A stretch of DNA of 64,000 nt from an uncultured delta proteobacterium (GTDB lineage Bacteria; Desulfobacterota; Binatia; UBA9968). Under the pieces are notes generated by a model that was given only the letters and a program-made list of their open reading frames with translations, was not told the origin of the DNA and did not search any database. Positions 8,885 to 18,516 of the stretch are shown here, piece by piece; position 1 is the stretch's first letter; each line of letters starts with the position of its first letter. The stretch lies in assembly GCA_963745835.1 (NCBI GenBank), contig CAVUZH010000022.1, positions 128,001 to 192,000 of the forward strand, in the 5' to 3' direction. A program made the translations under genes and the position numbers.

Positions 8885-9142
8885 ATGGGTCCGGCGGAAA
8901 AGATCACTGTCGTCCTACGCAACGGCAGCTCGACTCTAACCACCAACGAGTTTGAAGTATTTGATAACGTTTGTAATCAGACTCTCGGAACATTCACCTT
9001 GAAAGGTGGCGAGTCCAGATCCATTGACATCTCTCAGGATGATACCGGCAAGGGCCACTTCAAGATCCGGAACCTGGATCTCGGCCCGAACGATTGGCTG
9101 GAGGTTCCTTCCGTCAGTCGCGGAGATATCGTCACAGCTTAG
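8885..9142 (+). CDS. Hypothetical small beta-rich protein (85 aa)
   Basis: ATG-started ORF with globular composition, divergent from the thioesterase; no family recognised. Confidence 0.6.
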   Translation: MGPAEKITVVLRNGSSTLTTNEFEVFDNVCNQTLGTFTLKGGESRSIDISQDDTGKGHFKIRNLDLGPNDWLEVPSVSRGDIVTA

Positions 9143-9282
9143 CCGCGATCATCACCTGCCGCAGATACCGGCATCCAATATTCTCTACTTGCGTTCCGTA
9201 AGGTTGAAACCCCGACTTCCTTGCTTGGTCATAGCCAAGCAGCGCATAGTACGATACCAGCCGCGAGAATCGTTGAGCTGCA

Positions 9283-9894
9283 ATGCTGTTAAGTGAATTC
9301 TTTACTTGTCCCATTCCATACTCGATCAGTCTTCTCTACACTCTTTTCGTATGCGTTCTCGTGCCGGCGTATTGGCGGCAATACGGTCCGGCAAATTTTC
9401 TTTGGTTTTCCGACCTTGCTCTGTTTATCGGGTTGGCGGCTCTATGGCTAGAAAGTTCGTTGCTGGCGAGCATGCAAGCAGTCTCGGTGCTCCTGCTGGA
9501 GCTAGTATGGAATATCGATTTCTTTGCCCGCCTGATTACCGGCAAACAGATTCTCGGGCTTGCCGAGTATATGTTCAAATCCGATAAGCAGCTCTGGCTG
9601 CGCGGGTTGTCGTTGTTTCATGTTCCTCTGCCAATAATTTTGCTTTGGCAGGTTTGCTGTTTCGGATACGACACCCGGGCCTGGATCGCCCAAACGAGTC
9701 TGTTCTGGCTGGTGATGCCAATATGTTTTTTCTTCACTCGACCGGAAGAAAATATCAATTGGGTGTTCGGACCAGGAAATCTGCCGCAAAGAAAAATGCC
9801 CGCCGGAGTCTACTTGATATTGCTGCTAATTGGCGCCCCGCTGTTCATTTATCTGCCGACGCACCTTCTTCTGAGCGCGTTAATGCCCAGATAA
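9283..9894 (+). CDS. Hypothetical integral membrane protein (about 6 TM)
   Basis: Several hydrophobic segments; NFLWFSD, LSLFH and EENINWV motifs; start uncertain. Confidence 0.75.
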   Translation: MLLSEFFTCPIPYSISLLYTLFVCVLVPAYWRQYGPANFLWFSDLALFIGLAALWLESSLLASMQAVSVLLLELVWNIDFFARLITGKQILGLAEYMFKSDKQLWLRGLSLFHVPLPIILLWQVCCFGYDTRAWIAQTSLFWLVMPICFFFTRPEENINWVFGPGNLPQRKMPAGVYLILLLIGAPLFIYLPTHLLLSALMPR

Positions 9895-9933
9895 TAAGTT
9901 GCCGCTCAATGCTGATAATCCGCCGATAGTTGG

Positions 9934-9973
9934 CGCGGCGATTCTACAGTTAACGCGGCGATTCTACAGGTAA
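9934..9973. repeat. 20-bp tandem duplication
   Basis: CGCGGCGATTCTACAG(T/G)TAA twice, between convergent genes. Confidence 0.8.
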
Positions 9974-9977
9974 ATTG

Positions 9978-11228
9978 TTAGAGCTGTTCCTTGAGCGGAA
10001 TCGTGAAGAGTTCGAGGAATTTCTCGCGCCACGGACGAGCCTTCCAGGCTTCGTAGGTCAATTTTTTTGAATACTTTAAATCATCGGCAAACGCCTTCTC
10101 GAGCTCGCCGGCAACAACGTGATCGTACGCGATTAGATTGATTTCCTCGTTCAGAGCAAATGAACGGTTGTCGAGGTTGGTGGTGCCGACATGCGCCCAG
10201 ACCCCGTCGACCACCATGGTTTTGGCGTGCATCAACGCCGCCTGATATTCGTAGATTTGAATACCACCGAGCAGCAGAGGCTCGAATCCCCTGCGACTAG
10301 CCCAATACACCAGCTTATGGTCGATTTTCCCCGGCGTTAGCACGACCACCGACACTCCCCTCTTCACTGCGTCCAAAAGCGCTTCTTGCATGCGCTCGTC
10401 GGGTAAAAAATACGGGTTCGACAGATGAATGCTTTTGCGCGCCGACGAGATCGAGAGCAGCAACAGCATGTACGATTCGTAGGTGCCGCCGAGAGGCGAG
10501 CTTTTAACGATCTGCGCGTTGACCTTGCCCACCGGTTTCAGCGCCGGGAAATAAAGATCACCGCCGAGGATATGGCCGGTCGTATCGCGCCAACTCTCCA
10601 CGAACGCGGCCTGCAGTTGTTGGACAATCGGCCCTTCGACCCGGACATCGGTATCGCGCCATTTTTCGTCCGTGCGCCCGTCCCCGGTCCATTCTTCGGC
10701 CACGCCGTGACCACCGGTAAAACCCAGGATGCCGTCGATCACCAGAATGCGCCGGTGATTGCGATAATTGTAATTCAACAGCTCCCATGGGGTGATGAAT
10801 TGAAATAATCTGACACGTCGAAACCATTCGAGTTGACAGCCGGCATCGGTCAAAAGCTGGGGAATGTCTTTGGGGATCTTGCCGCCACCATGTGAATCGA
10901 GCAGAAGTTTCACGGTCAGGCCGGCGCGGCAACGCTCGGCAAATGCCGCGGCAAGCTCATACGCAATGGCGCCGTCTTGATAAAGATACTGGGCATAGGT
11001 GATCGACTTGCGCGCGCCGCGGATCGCTTTGAGCATGGCTGGGAAAGTTTGCTCGCCGTTGAGCAGGACGTCGATCTTATTGCCGCCGATGATGGGCGCG
11101 TCGGTATGCGCGGCGATGGTTGGGAAGAAAGTTGCTTCGCCAACGATCATCGGGTCGATTTTGGTGACCGGAGTAGGTCCCGCACAACCCAGAAGCAACA
11201 TCAAAGTCAGGAACAGAATACGGATCAT
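9978..11228 (-). CDS. cls: Cardiolipin synthase / phospholipase D family (ClsB-like), possibly a lipoprotein
   Basis: Two HKD-type motifs (NHRRILVIDG, MHAKTMVVDG) and NLDNRSFALNEE; N-terminal LLLGC lipobox. Confidence 0.9.
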   Translation of the reverse strand: MIRILFLTLMLLLGCAGPTPVTKIDPMIVGEATFFPTIAAHTDAPIIGGNKIDVLLNGEQTFPAMLKAIRGARKSITYAQYLYQDGAIAYELAAAFAERCRAGLTVKLLLDSHGGGKIPKDIPQLLTDAGCQLEWFRRVRLFQFITPWELLNYNYRNHRRILVIDGILGFTGGHGVAEEWTGDGRTDEKWRDTDVRVEGPIVQQLQAAFVESWRDTTGHILGGDLYFPALKPVGKVNAQIVKSSPLGGTYESYMLLLLSISSARKSIHLSNPYFLPDERMQEALLDAVKRGVSVVVLTPGKIDHKLVYWASRRGFEPLLLGGIQIYEYQAALMHAKTMVVDGVWAHVGTTNLDNRSFALNEEINLIAYDHVVAGELEKAFADDLKYSKKLTYEAWKARPWREKFLELFTIPLKEQL

Positions 11229-11898
11229 CTACATTAAAGGTAACAATTTCTGTAAAGAGCAACAAGTAGCTCCGGCGAGTGTCATCCATAGGCATCTCCG
11301 TTTTGTAGCTGCGATTTTCAAGCCTTTGATACAAAATGTAGCGTTGTACCAGTTGTATCGGCATCACGGCTGGACAACCCGCAAGCCCCAGCTCAAATAG
11401 AAGTAGCCGGAGATTAGATGGCCGGTTGGTTGCATTTCAGCCGAACGCCTACTCTGCCAAGCACAATTCGGCTTCCAGAGAATACAGAAGCAAACATTTG
11501 CTTGTAGCCTTGTCAGGGTCAAGTTTTTTACCGCTAATAACGCGATACTGTCAGCCAGGCACACGGGGTGGCGCTCGGAAGCGAAAAATCAACTTATCGG
11601 AGCGGTGAGACCGGAGATAGCCGCGATCTGATCTGCCACTCGCTGCTTGTAAGCGCAGCTGGCAAGAATCAGCACGTGCTCTCGCCAACTCTCTGGGAAG
11701 TCCAGGCAAGTCCCGCTGCAAATATAACCATCGCCTTTCTTGACATTGGTTGCCGCCATTCCTACTGTTGATAGAGTAGCTGCGTTGCGAGTGGTGTGAC
11801 AATGACAAGGGGCGTTGCACGCCGAATCGGACTCACCGACGGATGAGCCTTCACTTCGCTACTAGGGTGCCCCTTAGTTGTTGGAGGCAGCGATTAAA

Positions 11899-12333
11899 AT
11901 GGCTGAACGTGATGATTGGGATTTATTCATATGGTCTCGAGCGAACGATCTGCTCCACCGAGCAGAGCGGATCCAGCGCAACTTCATACAGATTGCCGCG
12001 GCGACCCAATATCGGTCATCTCAGAGTCGCGCTCCGAGCTGGGAGCCTCCAGTCAACGTTATCGAAACCGATGAAAGCCTCTGGGTGATCTCTGCCATTC
12101 CCGGAGTATCGTCGGACCAGGTACAAGTGCGAATCGAGGCCAACGAACTGGTGGTCACCGGTCATCGGCCTCTGCCCAAGTGTTGCAACGACGGGGATCT
12201 AAAAATATGGGAAATTCCGCTCGGTCATTTCGAGCGGCGTCTCAGGGTAATAGCAGGCGAAACCCCGTTCATTCTCGGCGAGATCACATTGAAGGAAGGC
12301 CTGCTGATTATTCAGCTAAGGAAACATTCATGA
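11899..12333 (+). CDS. Hsp20/alpha-crystallin small heat-shock protein
   Basis: WEPPVNVIET, IPGV, EIPLGHFERRL, EGLLIIQL; SD GGAGG; ATGA overlap with lon. Confidence 0.88.
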   Translation: MAERDDWDLFIWSRANDLLHRAERIQRNFIQIAAATQYRSSQSRAPSWEPPVNVIETDESLWVISAIPGVSSDQVQVRIEANELVVTGHRPLPKCCNDGDLKIWEIPLGHFERRLRVIAGETPFILGEITLKEGLLIIQLRKHS

Positions 12334-14741
12334 AAGCTGAACCGGCGGAAACTCCTAAGTCCAAGCCTCGGATAAACATCCCGGAAGGGGCAATGGTCAT
12401 TTTGCCGCTGCGCAACGCCGTACTCTTTCCGTCGACGATCATGCCGCTCGTGGTCGGTCGCCCGGCCAGTCTGCAAGCTATTGAAGAGACGGTGCGACAA
12501 CAGCTGCCGGTCGGTTTTGTCGGTCAACGAGACCCGGCAGTGGAAAACCCGACGCCTCAAGACCTGTACAACATCGGCACGGCAGCAGAAATACTCAGAA
12601 TGTTCAGCCTGCCGGATGGGCAGCGGCAAATCATTGCCCAAGGCCGGCGCCGCTTCGAAATAGCCGAGTTTCTCCAAGTCGATCCGTTGCTGATCGCGCG
12701 GATCACAATGGTAGAAGAGACGATCCCACAGACCAAACAGTTCGAGGCCAGAATCGTTAATCTGCGTCAAGAAGCGTCGAGAGCGCTGTCTTTGCTGCCC
12801 GAACCGATGAACGAGTTGAGAACGACCATTGAGAGGATCGAAGATCCTTTGATGTTGATCGATATGATCGCCTCGACACTCGACATACCAACGGCTGAGA
12901 AGCAGGAGCTACTCGCAACTCTCGACCCGGTAACCCGCGCTCAAAGAGTTTCAGAAAAATTGGCGCGCCAAATCGAAGTCCTGGAACTGAGCAAGAAAAT
13001 CAGCGAAGAGACCAAGGACTCGATGACCAAGGCGCAGCGCCAGTACTTTCTCCGTGAGCAGCTAAAGGCGATTCAAAAAGAGCTTGGTGAAGAGGACGGT
13101 AAAGGCGTCGAGGCGGAGGATCTGCGCCAGAAAATTTTTGATGCGAAGATGCCTCCGGAAGTGGAAAAGGAAGCGCTTAATGAACTGAATCGATTGCAGC
13201 GCATGCCGGAGGGCGGCCCCGAGTACGGTTCGCTGCGCACCTACTTCGACTGGTTGGTCGAACTACCCTGGAGTGTTCTCACCAAGGAAGAGATCGATCT
13301 GCCCAAGGCGCGTGAGATTCTCGATGCCGATCATTATGACCTCGAGAAGGTAAAAAAACGGATCGTCGAATTTCTTGCGGTCCGCAAGCTCATGCCCGAG
13401 GGAAAAAGTCCGATCCTGTGTTTAGTCGGACCTCCGGGAGTTGGAAAAACATCTCTCGGACAAAGTATCGCGCGAGCGATGAATCGCAAATTCGTGCGCC
13501 AAAGCTTGGGCGGCGTGCATGACGAGGCGGATATCCGGGGCCATCGCCGCACCTACATCGGTTCACTGCCGGGCAACATCATCCAAGGCATTAGAAAAGC
13601 GGGCAGCAGAAATCCGGTCTTTATGCTGGACGAAATCGATAAGCTCAGCGCCAGCTTCCACGGCGATCCTTCGGCGGCACTGCTGGAAGTTCTGGATCCA
13701 TCGCAAAACAACAGCTTTCAGGATCACTATCTCGGCGTGCCCTTCGATCTGAGCCAGGTCCTATTCATAGCCACGGCAAACGTCCTCGATACCATTCCCG
13801 GCCCGCTCCGCGATCGCATGGAAATCCTCGAAGTGCCCGGTTACATCGAGGACGACAAATTAGCCATTGCCAAGGGCTTTCTCATCCCAAGACAGACGGT
13901 GGAGAACGGACTTAAGCCAGAACAGATTCTTTTCACTGATGAGGCGATCCGGGAAATTATCAGGTCGTACACTCGAGAGGCCGGCGTCCGCCAACTCGAG
14001 CGCGAGTTGGGCGCTGTGTGCAGGAGCGTGGCGACCCGCGTTGCCGAAGGTCATACCGAGCCGATCACCATTGATGCCGAATCGATCGTCAATTATCTCG
14101 GCCAGAAGAAATTCTTTAACGAGATCGCGCTGCGCACCAGCTTACCGGGAGTGGCGACCGGTTTGGCCTGGACACCTGTAGGCGGTGATATCTTGTTTGT
14201 CGAAGCGACCAAAATGCCGGGAGAGGGTCGGTTGATTTTGACCGGCCAGCTGGGGGAGGTGATGAAGGAAAGCGCGCAGGCCGCGTTGAGTCTGGTCAAA
14301 TCACGCGCCGAAGCGCTGGGCATCGACCCGGAGGTGTTTCGAAAGAACGATCTGCATATCCACCTTCCCGCTGGCGCAATCCCCAAAGACGGTCCCAGCG
14401 CCGGTACTACGCTCTTTGTCGCTCTGGTTTCACTGTTGACCGGACGCCGAGTTAGCAAAGACGTTGCCATGACCGGCGAGATCAGCCTGCGCGGTCTCGT
14501 CCTGCCGGTCGGAGGAATCAGGGAAAAGATGCTGGCCGCCAAACGCGCCGGGATCACACACGCCTTGCTGCCCGAGCTGAACCAGAGGGATATCGAAGAG
14601 ATTCCGGCGGCAGCACGCGCCGGGATGCGCTTTGAATTTCTAAAAACCGTCGACGACGCCTTGTTGCTTGCGTTGGAATCCAACGGCGCGAGCAGCGGCT
14701 TCGATGCCCCTGATAGGCCCGCCGCCGACGCTATATCCTGA
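12330..14741 (+). CDS. lon: ATP-dependent Lon protease
   Basis: LON N-domain (ILPLRNAVLFP), Walker A GPPGVGKT, Walker B MLDEIDK, catalytic PKDGPSAG and GGIREK. Confidence 0.97.
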   Translation: MKAEPAETPKSKPRINIPEGAMVILPLRNAVLFPSTIMPLVVGRPASLQAIEETVRQQLPVGFVGQRDPAVENPTPQDLYNIGTAAEILRMFSLPDGQRQIIAQGRRRFEIAEFLQVDPLLIARITMVEETIPQTKQFEARIVNLRQEASRALSLLPEPMNELRTTIERIEDPLMLIDMIASTLDIPTAEKQELLATLDPVTRAQRVSEKLARQIEVLELSKKISEETKDSMTKAQRQYFLREQLKAIQKELGEEDGKGVEAEDLRQKIFDAKMPPEVEKEALNELNRLQRMPEGGPEYGSLRTYFDWLVELPWSVLTKEEIDLPKAREILDADHYDLEKVKKRIVEFLAVRKLMPEGKSPILCLVGPPGVGKTSLGQSIARAMNRKFVRQSLGGVHDEADIRGHRRTYIGSLPGNIIQGIRKAGSRNPVFMLDEIDKLSASFHGDPSAALLEVLDPSQNNSFQDHYLGVPFDLSQVLFIATANVLDTIPGPLRDRMEILEVPGYIEDDKLAIAKGFLIPRQTVENGLKPEQILFTDEAIREIIRSYTREAGVRQLERELGAVCRSVATRVAEGHTEPITIDAESIVNYLGQKKFFNEIALRTSLPGVATGLAWTPVGGDILFVEATKMPGEGRLILTGQLGEVMKESAQAALSLVKSRAEALGIDPEVFRKNDLHIHLPAGAIPKDGPSAGTTLFVALVSLLTGRRVSKDVAMTGEISLRGLVLPVGGIREKMLAAKRAGITHALLPELNQRDIEEIPAAARAGMRFEFLKTVDDALLLALESNGASSGFDAPDRPAADAIS

Positions 14742-14861
14742 CGGCGCTCGACTCCTGTCGAGTTGACCGAACGCAAGGCCCAATTTGGATTGCTGAAGTG
14801 TCAGAGCTTCGCTGGGGATTTCACCCGCTACAAGGAGTTTAGGTAATCCCTTCCACGGTCG

Positions 14862-14987
14862 AATATCTATTCGGCAGGCTACTGCCGGCGGCTCAATCCT
14901 GAACTGCGTATCATCAGCCGCATCACGCTCGAGAAAAATATCGAAGCTTTCTATCGCGCCGAGGACGAATCCACCGCCTCGAGATGA
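14862..14987 (+). pseudogene. Remnant of a TrkA-N/RCK (potassium channel) domain gene
   Basis: Start-less frame NIYSAGYCRRLNPELRIISRITLEKNIEAFYRA resembles the RCK_N pattern N.....ARxLNPxLRIIxR.....N...LxRAGAD. Confidence 0.5.
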
Positions 14988-15185
14988 AATTCGAAAGAGC
15001 CGGACCAACGGAATTGGCAGCGAAAGTTCAAGGTCGCGAGTCCAAGGCAAGTTCTTGCGCGACTCACCTACCCTGGTAAAAAACTTACGGATTACTGAAC
15101 TGAAAGATATTCGCAACCGACGCTAGATCGTCAATCATTTGTAACCACCAGGACCCAACACTTTAGCAACACCAAGGAGGAATCG

Positions 15186-16196
15186 ATGCACAAAAAACTA
15201 CGTCTGTTACTAGCACTGTTGACTGCTGCGTTGACCGCTGCGCCGACTTATGCGCAGGAGCCAAATCTCGTCCAAGCCGGAAAAAAAGAAGGTAAAGTTA
15301 CAGTATACGGATCGCTGGAGACCGACAGCGCGGAGGCTGTTTTCAAGGTCTTCAGGCAAAAGACCGGCATCGAGCTCGAGTACTGGAGAGCGTCATCGAC
15401 CAAAGTGATGGATCGGGCTCTGACCGAGTATCGCGCCGGCAAACCGGGCTTCGATGTGATTCTGACCAACGACAATCCGATGCAGATCATGTCGAGAGAA
15501 GGAATCTTTGCAAATTACGAATCGCCTTCGGCCAAAGAATTTACCAAGGAATCGATCGATCCCAAACTGGGCCCTCGCTACCGCAACGTCATGATCGGGA
15601 TTCTTTACAACAAGAGCATTATCAAACCTGGCGACGCGCCAAAGTCACTCGAAGATCTACTTAAGCCGCAATACAGGGGCAAGCTGGTAATGGCCGATCC
15701 GACCCAGCACACGACCACGACTCAGTGGGTCGCGAGCCTGGAAAAATTGCTGGGCAAGGAGAAGGCCGAGAAATTCACCCGCGACTTGGCCGCAACCAAA
15801 CCGATCATGGTCGAGTCCCTGTTGCCGGCAGCGGAGCGCGTGGCCAGCGGCGAGACACCGGTCGGCATCACCTATGTTAAATACGTTCATACCTTCGGCG
15901 AGAGAGGCGCGCCGATCGATTACGTGAGGCTCGGCAAGATGATGGGCGACGGCCACTATCTAACGCTTGGCAATAAGGCGCCGCACCCGAACGCAGGCAA
16001 GGCTTTTATCGACAGCTTCCTCGGCGCGGAAAGCATGACGATCCTCGCCAAGCAAGGCGAATTCGTTAATCGCAAGGGGATTTATCCGCCGATTGCCGAT
16101 GCGGAAAAAATTCAGTTCGTCGAAATGCACGATCTCGACTCGAAGGCGTTTGCCCAGAAGAAAAAAGAGTATCAAGAAATTTTTCTACGCAAGTGA
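15186..16196 (+). CDS. Extracellular solute-binding protein (Fe3+/thiamine/AfuA-like ABC family)
   Basis: Signal peptide; KEGKVTVYGS, APKSLEDLLKP, APHPNAGKAFID; SD AAGGAGG. Confidence 0.9.
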   Translation: MHKKLRLLLALLTAALTAAPTYAQEPNLVQAGKKEGKVTVYGSLETDSAEAVFKVFRQKTGIELEYWRASSTKVMDRALTEYRAGKPGFDVILTNDNPMQIMSREGIFANYESPSAKEFTKESIDPKLGPRYRNVMIGILYNKSIIKPGDAPKSLEDLLKPQYRGKLVMADPTQHTTTTQWVASLEKLLGKEKAEKFTRDLAATKPIMVESLLPAAERVASGETPVGITYVKYVHTFGERGAPIDYVRLGKMMGDGHYLTLGNKAPHPNAGKAFIDSFLGAESMTILAKQGEFVNRKGIYPPIADAEKIQFVEMHDLDSKAFAQKKKEYQEIFLRK

Positions 16197-16273
16197 TCTG
16201 ACCCGGCACCCAGGCTGTCGGTTAGTAGAGCGGCGGAATTCGGCAACAGCATCCAAGCATCGTTAGCTGATTA

Positions 16274-16309
16274 TAAACGAGGCGGTCACTCCAGTGACCG
16301 CCTCGTTTA
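16274..16309. terminator. Probable bidirectional intrinsic terminator
   Basis: Perfect inverted repeat TAAACGAGGCGGTCACT-CC-AGTGACCGCCTCGTTTA between convergent genes. Confidence 0.75.
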
Positions 16310-16338
16310 GCTTCTGCCTCTGTCATCGCAAGCGAACT

Positions 16339-17361
16339 CTAAGCAGCCGCCTCCATCTGTTTATTATAGCTGCCGCTGCGAGCCGCGCTGTTGCATTTTG
16401 CCCGGTGGTAGAAAATTTTCTGCGCCGCGCCGATATTGCCTGGATCGCCTTTCCACGCTTTCAAAGCCGGGTCCTGGAGGGCCCGCGCATAAGAGAACGT
16501 AACCTCCCAAGGAAGCGGTCCCATGGCGTTCATGGCATTGAGATGTTCGGTAGCGCTCTCCGCGCTCTGTCCGCCTGACAAAAAAGCGATGCCCGGAACC
16601 GCTGCCGGGACGGTGCGCTTCAGGCAACGAATCGTGCGCTCGGCAACTTCTTCAACACTGGCTTTCTTAGGAGAGTCCTTTCCTGGAACCACCATGCTCG
16701 GCTTGAGAATCATTCCTTCGAGGTAAACCCGCTGCAGAAAAAGCTGCGTGAAAGTGACCTTTAACGTATGCTCCGTCACCTCCTGAGCCCGTTCGATGGT
16801 GTGGGAGCCGTCGAGCAACACTTCCGGTTCGACAATCGGAACAATGCCGGCTTCCTGGCACAGCGCCGCATACCGGGCTAGCGCCTCGGCGTTGAGCTCC
16901 AGGCAGGTATAAGTCGGTATCGCGTCGCCGATCGAGATCACCGCGCGCCATTTGGCGAATTTGGCGCCGAGTTCCTTGTACTCCTTCAGCCGCGCGCGTA
17001 GTCCGTCCAATCCTTCGGTGACAACTTCCCCGGGAAAATTAGGAATGTCCACCGGACCTTTATCGACTTTGATGCCGGGCATGATGCCTTTCTTGGACAG
17101 CAATTGCGCGAACGGCGTCCCATCGCTGGCCTTCGTGCGCAGTGTTTCATCGAAGAGAATCACGCCGCTAATCGCTTCCTCGATGCCTTTGGTGGTAAAC
17201 AACATCTCGCGATAGGCGCGGCGGTTATCTTCGTTGGATTCAATTTTGATGCTGTCAAAGCGGCGCTTGATGGTTCCCATACTTTCATCGGCAGCCAATA
17301 TCCCCTTGCCTTTTGCCACCATACCTCGAGCAACGGTTTCCAGTTCCTGTGTGTTGACCAT
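16339..17361 (-). CDS. Fructose-bisphosphate aldolase class I (eukaryote-like type)
   Basis: KGILAADES, GIKVDKG, FAKWR, PIVEPEVL, Schiff-base LKPSMV, FLSGGQS, FSYARALQ. Confidence 0.95.
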   Translation of the reverse strand: MVNTQELETVARGMVAKGKGILAADESMGTIKRRFDSIKIESNEDNRRAYREMLFTTKGIEEAISGVILFDETLRTKASDGTPFAQLLSKKGIMPGIKVDKGPVDIPNFPGEVVTEGLDGLRARLKEYKELGAKFAKWRAVISIGDAIPTYTCLELNAEALARYAALCQEAGIVPIVEPEVLLDGSHTIERAQEVTEHTLKVTFTQLFLQRVYLEGMILKPSMVVPGKDSPKKASVEEVAERTIRCLKRTVPAAVPGIAFLSGGQSAESATEHLNAMNAMGPLPWEVTFSYARALQDPALKAWKGDPGNIGAAQKIFYHRAKCNSAARSGSYNKQMEAAA

Positions 17362-17634
17362 GATCGACGTGCCTCCTTTGACTAGAGCTTAGAAGTTCGT
17401 GTGACTCTTAAATGAACCATTATCAATTTGCACTCCATTTTACATTGTGAACGGGGCATGGCAAGCGGCGTAATATTCGTGTTCGTGATTGTGGGATCGT
17501 ATTCGTGGTAGAGGCCAACGACGAAAGTGGAGCTACGTAAAACCCGAGACGCAGAACTTAATTTTGCTAACACAAAGTAATCACGTTTCTTCTCCCAACA
17601 CGAGCACGGTAGTTCTCCGATCACGAACACGTCT

Positions 17635-18516
17635 TCAATCACGTTGCTTCATCGCTTCACGCCAATAGCTTGCATCGAAAAATCTTTCCGGTGGATCGTA
17701 GGGTGGTTTGTACACACCCATTTCCTTTCTTAGCTCGATAACCGTGTTTATCGCCGCCGGATTGATCCTAGCTTGCGGCACGACCTTGCGATAAGCCTGC
17801 TCTGCGGAATCTCGGTTGAGCCCTTCTTTGGCCATGATCAGTTCCAGAGTTTCCGCCCGATTTTGCGGCGTCAGCAACCAGTCCGTTGCCGCCGCCCAGG
17901 CGCGAATAAAGCGCACCGTCAGATCGCGATGCTCGAGCAGCCAGCGGCGCAATGTCCAGCCGCATGTCAGCGGCCAACCGGGGACATAGTCTTCGGCGTT
18001 GGCGAGCAGCACCCCGCCCGCGGCTAAAGCCTTGTCGGAAGCTGGCGGCGTCAACATTGCAGCAGCGACTCTGCCGTTCAGAAAAGCCTCCAGCCGTTTG
18101 GGCGAGCTGCCGATGATTTCAATTTCATATTGGTCATCGTCCATGCCATGATGACGAAGGATCTTCTTGCGAATGAGATCGAGGTTCGAATCGCCGGGAT
18201 CACCGGCAAGCAGTTCCCCGCGTAGCTGCGCGATCGACGCAATCTCCGGCTGGCCAATCAGGTACGCGCTCAATCCCTCTTCGGCTTGCATGAAAAGAAG
18301 ATAATCAACTCCATCGGTAGTTGTGCGGGCAATCATCGTATCCGCGCTGCTGAGCGTTAAATCCCAACGTCCCTCGGCCATACCCCGGTTATGATCCGGA
18401 GCATAGGTCGTTTCGTGAAAGCGAATTTCGAGCCCTTCACTAGCGAAAAAGCCCTTATACTCGGCGACCAAATGAGGCGGCCTGCGTTGGTATCCGGTCG
18501 TACTGAGCACATCCAT
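17635..18516 (-). CDS. NMT1/THI5/SsuA-like substrate-binding-fold protein with no apparent signal peptide
   Basis: VAEYKGFFASEGLEI, RLEAFLNGRVAAAML, VRFIRAW; SD GGGAGG before MDVLSTTG at 18516. Confidence 0.8.
   Translation of the reverse strand: MDVLSTTGYQRRPPHLVAEYKGFFASEGLEIRFHETTYAPDHNRGMAEGRWDLTLSSADTMIARTTTDGVDYLLFMQAEEGLSAYLIGQPEIASIAQLRGELLAGDPGDSNLDLIRKKILRHHGMDDDQYEIEIIGSSPKRLEAFLNGRVAAAMLTPPASDKALAAGGVLLANAEDYVPGWPLTCGWTLRRWLLEHRDLTVRFIRAWAAATDWLLTPQNRAETLELIMAKEGLNRDSAEQAYRKVVPQARINPAAINTVIELRKEMGVYKPPYDPPERFFDASYWREAMKQRD

Noticed and set aside
11591-11759. Minus-strand ORF of about 56 aa (MAATNVKKGDGYICSGTCLDFPESW...) in the cls-hsp20 intergenic region
   Set aside because: Weak SD, no recognisable family, and cannot be distinguished from chance without a homology search; coordinates approximate.
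11230-11898. CIRCE/HrcA operator or riboswitch upstream of hsp20-lon
   Set aside because: No TTAGCACTC-N9-GAGTGCTAA motif or recognisable riboswitch consensus found.
14640-15116. 158-aa minus-strand ORF
   Set aside because: Overlaps the lon 3' end, has non-protein-like composition, and is antisense to the RCK remnant.
17382-17642. 86-aa minus-strand ORF and a short plus-strand hydrophobic peptide (MASGVIFVFVIVGSYSW)
   Set aside because: No SD or family motifs; probably the aldolase promoter region.
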